Shown here: one piece after another, positions 42,453 to 55,644 of the stretch
Numbering within the stretch: position 1 is the stretch's first letter
Layout: every line of letters starts with the position of its first letter
Source: the human T2T-CHM13v2.0 reference genome, Homo sapiens
NCBI RefSeq assembly: GCF_009914755.1
Contig: NC_060931.1
Length of the DNA stretch: 64,000 nt
Reading direction: 5' to 3' (one strand)
Position numbers and translations under genes: made by a program
The notes under the pieces: generated by a model
What the model was told of the DNA's origin: nothing
The model's input: only the letters and a program-made list of their open reading frames with translations
The model's database searches: none

Positions 42453-44901
42453 AATTTTCTCCTCCACCCCCCTGGCTTTGCCCCTAAAAGGCAGAATGTA
42501 TCAATATGAAAACCAAGGGGGTAAAGTAGGAAAGTCCCCTCTTACTATAATTAAAAGTGACCCACTTGGGAAAGGTGTACTTCTTGTCATTGAGACTTCA
42601 GGCTCCACTGAAATAAATGTTCTGCTTTCCAAGTGTGTATGTGTTGGGGGAAAGGGGCAGGTAATGCAGTGCTCCTATCAGGGTCCCAGAAAGAATTTAA
42701 CTAAACCTAAATCTATAGCTACTATCTGAATATGCTTCAATTCTCATGCCAGTAGACCTACAAGAAAAAAAAAAATAAGTGATGCTACTGGCAGGGTTCC
42801 AGTTGACAAGAGGAATATCATGGGTGTTGCTGCTACATAATGGTAAGAGGGAACTTGGGATTCGTTCAAGTATGTCTGTGGTTGGAGATAACTGTGAATG
42901 GACAACTGCAGAAACCACCGTTTGAATGGGCACAGAAACCATGGATTCATAGGCCCCAGGAGGAGTAAGAGTCTGGTTCCTCCTATCAGGCAAGCCACCA
43001 GCACAGGAGTTGGCCAAGGCTGCAGGGAAATTAGGAAAGGTATTAGAGGAAAGAAAAGATGAGTATGAATTATGTCCTTGGTTCTAAATCTAGAAGTCCA
43101 CCATCCTGATGTTCCATGTTTCTTTGTTTAAAGATTGTGACCAGTCTCCATCTTTAAGAATCATTGACTGGATAGACTGGATCCTGGGCCAGGCTTCTAA
43201 CTACCAGCACCTACAACTTTTTGTTTCAGTACTCCCTCTTGTGCCCAGTCTGTTTTTCCCACACACAGGGAAGGCTGCTACCTAAAACCTCAGCTCCTTT
43301 GCATTTGGGGCAGGTTAACTCTGAAGTGAATATTACGTATGGCTTCCAGAATTCCTCAGAGAATTAAGTTCCTTTAAATTAAAGTAAGATTCTGTCATTG
43401 TTTCCTTCCATCCACTGCCTGACTTCTTTAAGTAGTAGTGTTTCCTGTGATCACCTCCCAAATACACTATTTATATTTGAATCTGCAAGTGAGATTCAGC
43501 TTCTCGAAGAAGTCAGAATAAGACATTCACCACATTGAATATCTGCTAGTTTTATATAAATTTCACCTAGATGTCAAATCTGCACTGGATTTAAGACTTT
43601 CTCTTTTGCTATGCCACAGATAGTATTTTTAAAGAACTATCCCAATGGTTTGTTATGAACTATATGTTTATATACAAATAAAGCCAAATAAGTATCTTTC
43701 CTGATGATCTTATTTGAGAGATCAAGTATTACATTCTACTTGTTTGCATTCTGTTGAAATACGTAGTGAGCTGACATACAGGGTCAGATAGATTGTAAAA
43801 TCAGACTTAAATGAATCAGAGATCTTATGCAGTATCAAGTTTTAATAAATAATGTTGAGAATATGTTGAGAATATAGACAAGCTAAAGGACTTCTGAAGG
43901 TTCAGATGAAGTAGATAGAGGCCTCACACGGAGGAGGGCTTCCCAGCTCCTCCTTCCTGTGCTGAACACATTCTTCTTGCCCACATGAAGGGAAATCACA
44001 AAAAGAGTTTCACAGGGCTCCTTGTAAATTATAAAATACTTACAGTTTATTCCCCAGAGAATTATATCACCTGTGAGAGTGTTTTGCCAGGAACCTTGCC
44101 TTATAGGTATCGTGTTTTCCTATACCTACTCTTAGGCCGCGATACACCACTAAAAACATTTCAGGGATAAATTCTCTTCCTCCTAGTAAATATCAATAAT
44201 CTAGCTACCTGGAGCTTCAGGTGAGAAGGGACTAAACAAAGTCTCCTGCCTTCTTCTTTCTAGTCTCCCTTGGTGAGTAAATCAATTTCAGACCAGCTAC
44301 TTTAACTTCTTCCTCCCAAGTCATTTCAGAGACAGATCCATTTTTCAATACAAAATAACCCTTACCACAAATTCCTCCTCTTCACATCTCTATGAATATA
44401 TTTACCTCAAGTGTAAATATATCTTCCAGAAAATGGCCATGAAATATTTTGCCTAAATTCTATGAATTAAAATGACACATGGTAACATTTGTTTGTCTTA
44501 TTTCATTTGCTTCATAGTTCAGTACTTTCTAGCTATGAGTAGGAGGGTCTATGATGGTTCTGAGGAGACTTTAATAAGAGCACATTCAAATATCTATTGG
44601 TTTTTATGTTAACAAGAAAAACATACTATAAAAACATAATACATTATAGATATGTGTCCAAGATGAAATGAGGATGATAATGAATAGAAAATGCCATATA
44701 ATCATACTGCCAAGTTGCTATTTTCTAGGAGTTTCAACGGTGTCCGTGAGTAAAGGGGCTCATATTACTTATTTAAGCTCTTCTGAGTGAAGGAGGATAT
44801 GTGGAATGCTTTTTATTTATAGTCATTACTTCAATTACTTTAACCAGGGATAAATTCTTAGAAACTCAAAAAGGCTCCTGGCATAGAATTATAAGAAGAT
44901 C

Positions 44902-45469
44902 CACGCGGCACTATTCACAATAGCAAAGACTTGGAACCAACCCAGATGTCCAACAATGATAGACTGGATTAAGAAAATGTGGCACATATACACCATGGAA
45001 TACTATGCAGCCATAAAAAATGATGAGTTCATGTCCTTTGTAGGGACATGGATGAAGCTGGAAACCATCATTCTCAGCAAACTATCGCAAGGACAAAAAA
45101 CCAAACACCGCATGTTCTCACTCATAGGTGGGAAGTGAACAATGAGATCACATGGACACAGGAAGGGGAACATCACACACCAGGGCCTGTTGTGGGGTGG
45201 GGGGAGGGGGGAGGGATAGCATTAGGAGATATACCTAATGCTAAATGACGAGTTAATAGGTGCAGCACACCAACATGGCACATGTATAAATATGTAACAA
45301 ACCTGCACGTTGTGCACATGTACCCTAAAACTTAAATTATATATATGTATTATATATATATATTATATATATATAATATATATATAATATATATATAATA
45401 TATATATATTATATATATATTATATATATATAATATATATATATAATATGTATAAAAAACCTTAAAAAA
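44902..45469 (+). mobile_element. 5'-truncated L1PA (not L1HS-Ta), tail converted to (TA)n
   Basis: L1 3' end with the GAG (not ACA) diagnostic; perfect 17-bp TSD agaattataagaagatc at 44885-44901 and 45470-45486. Confidence 0.95.
45337..45453. repeat. Interrupted (TA)n microsatellite
   Basis: About 115 bp of nearly pure AT alternation. Confidence 0.95.
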
Positions 45470-45625
45470 AGAATTATAAGAAGATCAGTCGCTAAAATAG
45501 GACAGGTCAGTAAGATAGTCTTGCAATATATCAAAAATGTCTCAGCCTCTATAAGATAAAAGTATAAAGTACCTAAAGTCAGGAGAAGATAGAAATTGCA
45601 AATTTAATTCAGGAAAATGCAGTCA

Positions 45626-45766
<141 letters not shown>

Positions 45767-46786
45767 TTACTCATCATGTATTTAATCAAGAACATCATAA
45801 GGAAAGATAATGTATGCACTGACCCTAGATCTTTTATATATTATTTAAATAATAATTTTGCCCTTGAAAATCAGTTTAAAAAGTTACATTTTTTGATAGA
45901 AGTGGAAATTATAAGAAATCCTGCCTTTTTTTCCTCCCAATATCAGTATGTGTACATTTCTAACTGAAATTATCAAAATTACATGTTAAGTGACAATTAA
46001 AAAAAAATATGGATACTGATGGTATAGTCACTCATTCGGTTCTGTTAGCCAAGTTAGAAGAGAGGAGTAGAGAGATTAATAGACATAGTCATTGCTCCAG
46101 GGAACCCATTGTTTGACTTGATTAAAACAATAATTATAAATCCACATAACAATTATGATAACAGATTTGCAAGAAAATGCCTTGTTCTGCATCCTAAAGT
46201 AAATATCCTCTAGAATTTATTCTTCATTTTTCTTTCCTCTACATATTCTACAATACTTGGTGACTTCACCTATGTGCAGGGCTGGCTCAACTCTAGGCAA
46301 CTAACCCCCACTTCTACATCTCTAGCTCCCAACACTTTCCTGGTTTTATCCTTCGAGCTGCCTGCTGAACCACTACGACTGAATGTCCAAAATGACACAT
46401 TACTTCCAAACATATTTTTCATTCCTATTTATGTTCTTGGTACCAAAGAGTCTATGTCTCAGCCATCCAATTTGTTCTTCCCTCTCAACCTTCCTGTGCA
46501 TTCAGGCAAAATCCCTTATTCATTCCACTTAAGTGTTCCAAGGCTATGGTCCCCTCTCCATCCTCACTCCTCTCTGGCTCAGTCTTCATTATACGAAGAT
46601 GCTGAGCTACAGTAATAGCCAGTCAACCCAGCAATTAGTCTCCTTCACATGCTAACAGGTGAAAGTTCTAGAAACACATCCTGACCTAATATTTTTAACA
46701 GCTCATAGATACCGACTAAATAGCCAGAAATCTCAATAGCCCTGTATTCCAATCCTTTCATTTTGGCATTTTCTCTCTCTCCTCCC

Positions 46787-47492
46787 TGTAACCACCCAAC
46801 AGGTTCTTCCTGCCCGCTGTACTAACAAAGACCATGGCATTGCAGTAAAGAAAGAGTTTAATTGATGCCGGGCCAGTCATGCCAGACAGGAGATGGTGTT
46901 ATTACTCAAATCAATCTCATCAAAGGCTCGGAGGGAGATTAGGGATTTTTCAAAGACAGTTTGATGGGCAGGGGACTAGGATATCAGTGCTGCTAACTGG
47001 TTGAAGATGAAATCACAGGGGTGTGGAAAATGGCCCTCTTGTGCTGAGCCCACTTTTGGGTGGGGAGCACAGGATTGGTTGAGGCACAGGTCCCCGTGGG
47101 ACCATCTGCTAGAAATGCAAAAGCCTGAAAAGATATCTCAAAAGCCCCATCTGAGGTTCTAGAATAGTGATGTTATTTACAGGAATAATAGGGGAAGTTG
47201 CAAATCTTGTGACCTCCAGAATAATGGCTAGTAATTATTTAACTACATCTACATCTTAGTAGAATTCAAGTTTCTCTTATCCTATAATTTGGTAGCCTTT
47301 CATTAGTTTTATAAGGGCAGTTTCGTTTTAGGGAAGGGCTATTATCATTTAAACTATAAACTAAATTTCTCCCAAAGTTATCTTGGCCCACACCCAGGAA
47401 TGAGCAGCCAATCAGCCTGTGAAGCTAGAAACAAGATAGAGGCAACCATGTCAGATTTGTCTCACTGTCAAAATTTTGCAAAGGCATTTTCA
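46787..47492 (-). mobile_element. LTR8/LTR8A-like ERV1 solo LTR, sense to CACNA2D1
   Basis: Minus strand begins TGAAAATGCCTTTGCAAAATTTTGACAGTGAGACAAATCTGACATGG and ends GGTTACA; ATTAAA at 46857-46862. Confidence 0.8.
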
Positions 47493-47810
47493 ATCCTCTA
47501 CCTCCTCCATAAATGTCCCCAGACTTACCTGTGCAGCTTCACTTCTGGCAATTCTTCCACCTGAAATTCCACTGTCTTTCCTCTCCCCTCCCATGCTTGC
47601 CTTTGAAAATATGAGCCATGAGGATTCAATCCCAATTTTATCTCCTTAATGCTTTCCTGATACATTAAATCAAGTTGCTATCTCTTATGTATTCCTTTAG
47701 TGCTATGTCATACTTTATATCTATTAATTTCTACAATTATTTTTGTTATTTGTTAAGGTCTAGTTTACCTAATACATTTGAATTATCTTTGAGATCAGGT
47801 ACTATGTCTT

Positions 47811-47938
47811 TTTTTTTTTTTTAATATACTTTAAGTTTTAGGGTACATGTGCACAACGTGCAGGTTTGTTACATACGTATACATGTGCCATGTTGGTGTG
47901 TTGCACCCAGTAACTTGTCATTTACATTAGGTATATCT

Positions 47939-47940
<2 letters not shown>
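47811..47940 (-). mobile_element. L1PA 3' terminal ~120 nt with poly(A)
   Basis: Reverse complement of ggagatatacctaatg...gtaccctaaaacttaaagtat. Confidence 0.92.
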
Positions 47941-47972
<32 letters not shown>

Positions 47973-48257
47973 AGACAAGCTCTTGCTCTGTTGCCCAGGC
48001 TGGAGTGCAGGGTATGAACACAACTCACTGTAGCCCCCATCTCCTGGCCTCAGGCATCCTCCCACCTCAGCCTCCAAAATGTAGCTGGAATTACAGGTGT
48101 GTGCCACCATGCCCAGCTGGTTTTTCTTTTGTATTTGTTGTAGAAATGAGATATTGCTTTGTTGCTCAGGCTGGTCTCAAACTCCTGGGCTTAAGCCATC
48201 CACCTGCCTTAGCCTCCCAAGTGATGGGATCACAGGTGTGAGTAACCACGTCTGGTC
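47941..48257 (-). mobile_element. AluJ-like
   Basis: Diverged Alu with a T31 tail; TSD-like tcaggtactatgtctt / tcagtaactatgtctt. Confidence 0.9.
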
Positions 48258-49073
48258 TCAGTAACTATGTCTTAATCATCTTTGTTTCTATGTTACTACA
48301 CTGTGTGTAGGAAGACCTCAATACATTTCTGTTGAAAGAATTTTTGAAAATAGTATTTAAATTTCATATACACTTTCAAGTTTGGGATATAAATTTGGCT
48401 TCTATAGATTTTGAAATGACATTATTTCTGGATATTATTATACATCCAACAGGATTATAATATATTGCATTAATATATTGATTTATACTTAAGAAGAAGA
48501 TCAAGGATTAGCATATAAGATCCATAATTTAATTAAAGTAACATGAGGCTTAAATGCATCTTAAGAAATAAAATAAGAATTAACATTTAAATTACATTTG
48601 TTGAATTCATTTATCTTCTCTTTCTCAGACTGGGTTATGAGGGTTTGGACAACTAAATTAAATTGGTTTACTTGAGCTTAAAATGGGGAAAATTCAAATG
48701 TTAATACTTGCCTGTGGGATTTAGCTGTCCCCAAATTACTAGATTTTGTTTCTTCCAATGAGACAAAGATTTTTTTTTTTTTTTCCTCAGGGAAAAACAT
48801 GAGCATTTCTTCTCTTGAGGAAAAACATGAGTAACCTAAGCATTTTACACTTCATGTTTATTTTAATTCCTTGATTATTGCTCTTTAAAAAAGTAAATCT
48901 CCATAGCAGGATATAATCTTTTCAATTTCTACATCTTCAACCTTATTAGAAAACGTGTACACTTGCAAACATACACATATATCTTGAATTGAAGCACTAT
49001 AACAAAGAGACCAACATAAAAACTCAAGGAATTATTTTTTGTATATCACCATTTCACTTTTAAAAGTCCCAGA

Positions 49074-49234
49074 TTTTTTTTTTTTTCTTTTCTGAGACAT
49101 TGTCTCTTCACCCAGGCTGGAATACAGCGGCAGGAACATGGTTCACTGTAACCTTGATCTCCTGGGCTCAAGCAATCCTCCCACCTTAGCCTCCCAAGTA
49201 GCTGGAACTACAGGTGTGAAGCTACCATGCCCGA
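49074..49234 (-). mobile_element. Alu right monomer (FRAM-like)
   Basis: Single monomer with a T tail; TSD-like aagtccca / aagttcca. Confidence 0.85.
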
Positions 49235-49515
49235 ACAAGTTCCAACATTAACTTATTTAATATATTTCATATTTAACATTATATGATATGTAATATTAAT
49301 ATATGAATATCCATATAGATTCTCTTCATGTTTAATTAAATAATTTGTTTTATTATTGTCTTGATATGGCTTCATTGCCTGAATATAAAAGTCATCATAA
49401 TTTTTCTTTGTTTCTTTTTTAACCTATCAAACCTTTCTTAGTCCCACCATACTACTGTTATCTACAAATCCTCCCATATTCTCAATATATAAATAAGTAG
49501 TATTTAACAACTCAC

Positions 49516-49566
49516 ACATCCACCAGAATAAGCATGTCTTTAGGAGATGCAGCTCCTTGGATGTAC
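49516..49566 (-). CDS. CACNA2D1: CACNA2D1 coding exon (exon 9, 51 nt): (W)YIQGAASPKDMLILVD(V)
   Basis: tttcag|GTACATCC...GGATGT|gtgagt. In frame with flanking exons; start of the VWA domain and the D of the DxSxS MIDAS motif. Confidence 0.97.
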
Positions 49567-50067
49567 CTGAAACAAATATTGTAATAAATGCTTTTCTCTT
49601 CCAAAATATCAAACACTGATATTTGTTGAATTGATATTTACTGACTCTGAGACAAGGTTTTTTTCCCCAAGCAAAGACCCACTTCTATCTAAGTAGACAA
49701 TGGTTTTCCATTCATATTCTTCAATGTCAGTTTGATAAAAGCAATATCCAATATAACAATAGAGATGTCAGAAGCATAATATTTAACATTTTTTGATATT
49801 TATAACAGAAGATGAAGAAACATATTTTAACTTTGAGAAGAACATTTTTCCTGGAAAAACAATTATCTAAACTCCAATTGTTGACCACAGGTTTAAAAGT
49901 CACTTTAATGAAAAATAGACTGTCATATTTTTAAATGTAAAAAATAAGCACAAAAAATAGATAAGTTGCTTAGGAACATCAAAAAGCAATATCAACAAAA
50001 AAGAAATATAACTGGCCAATAAAGAGATTAAAATTAGGCAATATGTGATGTTATTACCAAGAACTTC

Positions 50068-50205
50068 AATGGCTCTCAAACTTTACAGTGTTTAAGAATC
50101 ACCTGGGGAATCAGTTCAGAATATTAATTTCCAAATTCAACCCCGTGGAATCAGAATCTCTGCATTTTAAAGAGACTCTAGAAGAGATTTATGCAGATGG
50201 TTCAG
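50068..50205. mobile_element. MER5-like hAT element
   Basis: ctcaaacttt...agaatcacctgggga...aatcagaatctctgcattttaa. Confidence 0.65.
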
Positions 50206-51667
50206 TGGTTGTGGAGAGAGATCATCTTGATTGTGTATGACTGACCCAAAAGCTCACTCACGTTGCCTGGCCACCGACTGGAATGGGGCCTGACTTCTCC
50301 GACAGGAAGGGCTGCACCTGACATCAATTTTTTTTACTTATTTCTGAAGCCATCACTGTAAATGTAACTTCTCAGGAGGCTGCCAGTTAACTTTCCAATT
50401 AGTTTTCAGACAACATACAGCACAATTAGTTCTATGTGTTGAGGAAGCAGTTGGAGTTTGTAACCTGCACCCTTGCTTGATAAGAAGGTAAAGTGGCAGA
50501 GTGGCAGGTGAATTTTCATGGACAGCAAACCTGGCTGATGCCTAGTATCTTAATGCTGGTCCAGGTATGCCACTCAGTGGGAAGATAAGAGAAGACAGGA
50601 CATGTCTGCCTCTACTGATTGGCACCCAGCTTCTAAGTCTCCTCCAAAACAACCAATTCCTGAATTAAAACAAGACGATATATTAGTTTTTAGCTCCACT
50701 CAACAGCCCCATGGCTCCACAGGAAGAATATGTAAATTAGTAATAATTGTCACTATTAAACATGGTTGGTGTAGACATAAATTGCTACTGGGATATTTAA
50801 AAGGACATCTAAAAGCCTCTAAATACAAGTCTTTGGAATCAAACATTATGCTCTTGCAATTTGTCTGAAGCCTAGAAAAAAGTTAGAAATAACCTAAACG
50901 TCCAATAATAAGGGATTTCATAAATAAGTTTCCATATAGTCTTCATTCAAATGATGGTATGTGTCTTTTCTCATGAATATGTACTCAAAAGTTATTGATA
51001 TGAAAAGTGTGGGATACAAAGCACTTATACTGTATATGTGAACTCATTTCTTAAAATTCACACATTAAATACATTTTTAAAAAGCAAATAAATACAATTA
51101 ATAGTTTTAAAAAACCCAAAAATAGTTGTTTTCCAGTAAGTCCAATTACAAATTATTGGTATTTTTCCAGTTTTATGTTAGGAGAACAAGTTGCTTCAGT
51201 AGTGAGGAACAAATAAGTCTTCATTTTGGAAAAAAAATTAAACCTAAGCTATACGAATATAACTAGGGGCAGCTTTTACCTTGGGGCCAATTCTCATTAG
51301 TTCACTGCCAGAGGCAAATTATCTCCTACTCTATCTCATCTCTCTGTTGGAGCTCTACTCCAAGCAAACTGGATCCCTGCCATAGAAATCCATACCAGCT
51401 AAGAGGTGTAGTACTGAGATTAAATATAAAACTTAAAGTAGTCCATTTGAAATGAATGTGATAAATGGGTTCACCTATATTAATTAGCATTACCCACTTG
51501 AACTCATCATTTTCATTTACCTTTACCTATATTTACTTATTTTTAAAAATCAGATCACTTTCAATAAGTAGTTAATACTCATCCTAATAATAAAAAATTC
51601 TGACTTTTTAGCAAATATATATCTTCTTGCCTATTTTATCTTTTCATGGCTAGCTAAAAATTCTTAC

Positions 51668-51737
51668 CATGGTCTTCTGCGTACATCATAAAGGTCAATC
51701 TTATTTGGAGTTCTACTATTATCAACCCATGGTGAAG
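51668..51737 (-). CDS. CACNA2D1: CACNA2D1 coding exon (exon 8, 70 nt): (A)[22 protein letters not shown](W)
   Basis: Minus strand reads T16-ag|CTTCACCATGG...AGAAGACCATG|gtaaga. Translation matches alpha2delta-1 including the RRR motif (R241 precursor, R217 mature). Phase 1 to 2. Confidence 0.97.
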
Positions 51738-53087
51738 CTAAAAAAAAAAAAAAAAGAGAGATATTAAATCAAAATATTAGATATGCTCTAAAAATAATGA
51801 GACTTTAAAAATCACAAAAAGCAATAGATACATAATTTCACTTACGTACTTCAATGTTCAAATGAGAGATATCATTTTTAAGCCCTTATATTGCTTTAAC
51901 ATGGAAAACAACACGGCAGTACAAAAAGGAAATCAATGATAGTCGATTCTCTTTTTACGAGTTATTTCAGAAATAAATTTACACATACAGTTTTTCCGGG
52001 TGCTAACTTAATATGTTTTAGTAGGTGTCCAGAGGTTATAATTTTTTTCCTAACAGAAAATTTATGTGCCACTAATGAAAATTGTGCTTTCAATTATTTC
52101 CTCCTTATATTTTCGTTCAATGCCATATTCTCTTGGTCTATATAAGACAGCTGTTTTTCTTGGGTTTTTATGTAATAGCATAATTTTACTCAGTCCATGG
52201 TAAAATAACTAAAAGGTCAGCTATAATTAAAACAACTCCATAGAAAGCTGTTTTCTTTAAATTTATTGTAATGATGTGAAGTAATTCAAGCGCAGATTCA
52301 ACAATCTTGTATGACTTTCACAGCCTTTATCTTTTTGCAATAATCAGAAATAACTTCATCTAATTGTATTGATTTTTAAATGCAATTAATTTAAATCTAT
52401 TCTAATTAAATTGATACTTACTTTAATTAAAATGCTTTACAAAGCTTTACATGCATGCACACCTTAGACCTAATGAAAAAAATAAATGCTGATGAATTGG
52501 ATGATAATTTCATGCTGAAGTAGTCCCCGTACTTGGACATGTTTAAACATATGACTCCTGGGCAAATGCCTAGTTCATATGACTTACGTTCCCCAATCAA
52601 TTTCGCTTTTCTGAGAAACTGTGGAAATTATGAAGAACTTTACTGAGAGTCAGGTTTATTAGCCAACTAAGATAATTTGGCCAATTAGGATATGTCAAAA
52701 ACTATATACAATGAAACTCTTCCTTGACTGTGAAATTTTTTTCTTATTAGTAGCTATATTAAAAAATGATTTATTTGTTCTAAATGACTAATCATATTTA
52801 CAAAGAATAGTAAGCTTAAATATAGCACTCTTCCAACCATTATTGACACAATCAATGTAACTGAAATGGTGAGTTTACTGCAATTTGTTCAATTTGCACT
52901 TGCAGAAAGTGAGAGTCTGCGATGTAAAATAATCCTTTTTGTGTGTATGTGTGTGGTAGCACTAGAATTAAGTAACAAGCATGCTGATACACACATCAGT
53001 TCACTTTCATTATCCCTCTATGATATCTGACTCTCCAAGATAGGGTCTTAGTAATACCTAAAATTTTATAGAAATTGTATCCTACTT

Positions 53088-53868
53088 TCAGTACCATGCT
53101 ATGCTGATAATACATTTCCTGCCACTCAACTCCAAATGCATCCTTCTACCTTGCCCTATGAAAATGGATCTGGGCCCTTTCAATACTTTTCCTTTATCAG
53201 ATGGCACAATTTCAAGGTTTGCCTGCAAATGATGCAAGACAGACACTGAATGAGAAAAAGGATTTTTCTTCCTTGTTCTGGTTTGTTTGCTCACAGGCTC
53301 TTGCAGCATGTGCTGCTGTCTGGTGTCTGTCTCCTGCACTGTCTGTATATTCTCCAGAGCTCAGCTCCTACAGTGTTGCAGTTTCCCCAGATTGCCCACT
53401 TCCAGCAACATGGCCAGCTTCACCAGGCTCAGGCTCTAATTTTGTCACCTGTACCCCTCCAGCCCCGCCCCCTGCCCCAGATATTTTTGTAGAGGAGAGC
53501 TTACAAGGAAAGACCTGGAACCTCAGAGGGTAAATTTCCAGCAAATCCTATCAGTGTGGCATAACAGTGACTTCTCCACCTTGGTGGGCCATGACCATGG
53601 CCTCTACAAGATGTTAACCTCAGCCCAGGGGAACTGGGGGATTAGGACCTCTGCCTTGGGCACTCTATCTCAACCCTAGAGGCAGTTGTTATTACACATT
53701 ATATAATATTATATCGGATATTCATAAATCCTTTAGAGTTCTCTGTACTTCTAGCCAATCCCTCATTACTCCAATCCCTACTGTAGATAATTTTTTATTG
53801 AAAAATAAATTTTCCTTGTTCAAAATGCTGTATTTTTTCTCTCTTCTGATTGAACCCAGACTGACACA
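53088..53868 (+). mobile_element. ERVL solo LTR (LTR41/LTR33-like)
   Basis: Ends aataaattttccttgttcaaaatgctg...tgattgaacccagactgacaca. Confidence 0.6.
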
Positions 53869-55644
53869 AAGGTAGATGAGAGAAGTGATTAGTTACCACT
53901 GCCAATATGACAGCAGCAATCCTGAGTTAAAAGTGGTCTGCAACGAATCTGATAAACAACTTAAAGAAATTGGAATTTGAAAGTTATGTTTCAATTAGAT
54001 TTTTGAATTGTTTACCGATCACATTCATCTAGGATTTCTGTTGTCACTACCATTGCTAATTGAAATTAACTGTGATATATATTACTATATTCCATAAAAT
54101 GTATATCTTTAAGGAAAGAAAAAAGTTAAAAGGCTATAATTTACAGTATGAGCCAGACTATTACATTTTAATATTGTTTATAACCTTAGGTGGTTTATAT
54201 TTCAAAATATTAATAATCTTCTCTTAGAGGCTTTCTGAGATATTTACTCTTAGGTAGTATCCCTTGATTAAACCAAATTAAGATATTAATGTTATGGTAA
54301 AATTGAACAACATAATTTCTTCTGTGATATTACTAATTCCCTTGTTGTAAAATCCCATCATGTCATTTAAATAGTTCATTCCTTATATAGGCTCAGAATT
54401 ATGAAAGATCAAAGAGTAAAAAGGCTAATAACCATACAAGTTAATTCCCTGAAATAATCAGTTTCATAACCATGCACAGTGAAAGCTGCATGTTTAGAAA
54501 GGGAAAGAGAACTTCCAAAATTCCTGTAAAAAGTGAAATGTTGCTCAGTTTAGATGACTTTTTAGTGTTTCAGGAAGATTTGGGGATGGGCAGAAAAGAG
54601 AACTGAAAATGACAGTTCACAATGTAGACGTCTCTTTTTTGAATGTCATCATTAAAGGTGATAACAATGATTTACAGGAATGTTTTCCCCTGATCAAAAA
54701 TGAACTGTTAGTGTGTCCTTTACTAAATCTACTGGTCTACCATTTACTTCACCTGATACATAGGATGTGTTACGGGTGTTATCAAATTGTTGATTTAAGC
54801 AGGTATTTACTTGTGCATTAACTCAGAATACTGATATACGTAATAGGAAAATATTCTTGAGAAAGTACGCAGATTTTAGTGCCATTTTCTGGTTAACATG
54901 GTCTAAAAATAATAGCGAAGTACCCCTTTTTTTTTTTATTTCAGCTGCTAGGAAAGAATAAAGCAAATAATGATGCATTGAGGACTGATTCTCTCGGTAG
55001 AAACATCAAATGACAGCTAATTGCATTTCCCAATTAAAAAGTTCAAATGTATTTTTTCTAATCCTAAAAACTTCACAGTCTTAGTCTCATGATAATTTTA
55101 AAAAGTAAATTTCATATACTCAACAATGCCTTTAAAAGTCACTCCTGGTCCTTTGCCTAGATCTAATTGGTGGACCATTATTTTCGGTTTGTCTCAATCA
55201 TCTCCTATAGAGTATTAGTCATGGCTCTGAACTGCAAGCCAAGATAATCAATTGGGACTATTTTCAAGCCCAAATTATTTCACTAAATGTGTACTGCATA
55301 GCTCACAAAATTTCCATAAATTTCAGTGTTGCTCAATTACTATCATCCCAGAATGGATCCTCCACAGTCCCTAATTTGCACCATGGCTCCAATAACCAAG
55401 TTCAGGGTAGATGACTGTCATTAGAAGAATGTGGATTATACCCACACAAAGGTGCCAAAAAATCTAGGAAAGCAAATAGCTGGCCTTTTCAGATTTTGAG
55501 TTATCTGCTCCCGAATAAAACTTTTAACCTGGGAAATACTTGACATACAGGAACAAGATTCTATGTTACCCATGGTGGCACAAATGCCTTAATGAAAAAT
55601 CTGAAATCTTTTGTATCTTAGTATAGTAAAGTACTTCTAACTCA

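Larger units (their letters stand above)
39480..43525 (+). mobile_element. Degenerate ERVL provirus with two LTR16-like LTRs
   Basis: LTR ends at ~39843 (ccaaataaacc...gaatccttgtctcag...ctaagca) and ~43525 (ctcccaaatacac...aataagaca). Internal pol remnants DSYTVINGMAG (RNase H-like) and DTNSSYGFPF, HH.EAASLI (integrase-like). Confidence 0.72.

Noticed and set aside
40659-45248. Near-identical ORF pairs (MIDWIKK..., MDE.GNHH...) suggesting a duplicated gene
   Set aside because: Two independent L1PA 3' fragments with different TSDs and truncation points.
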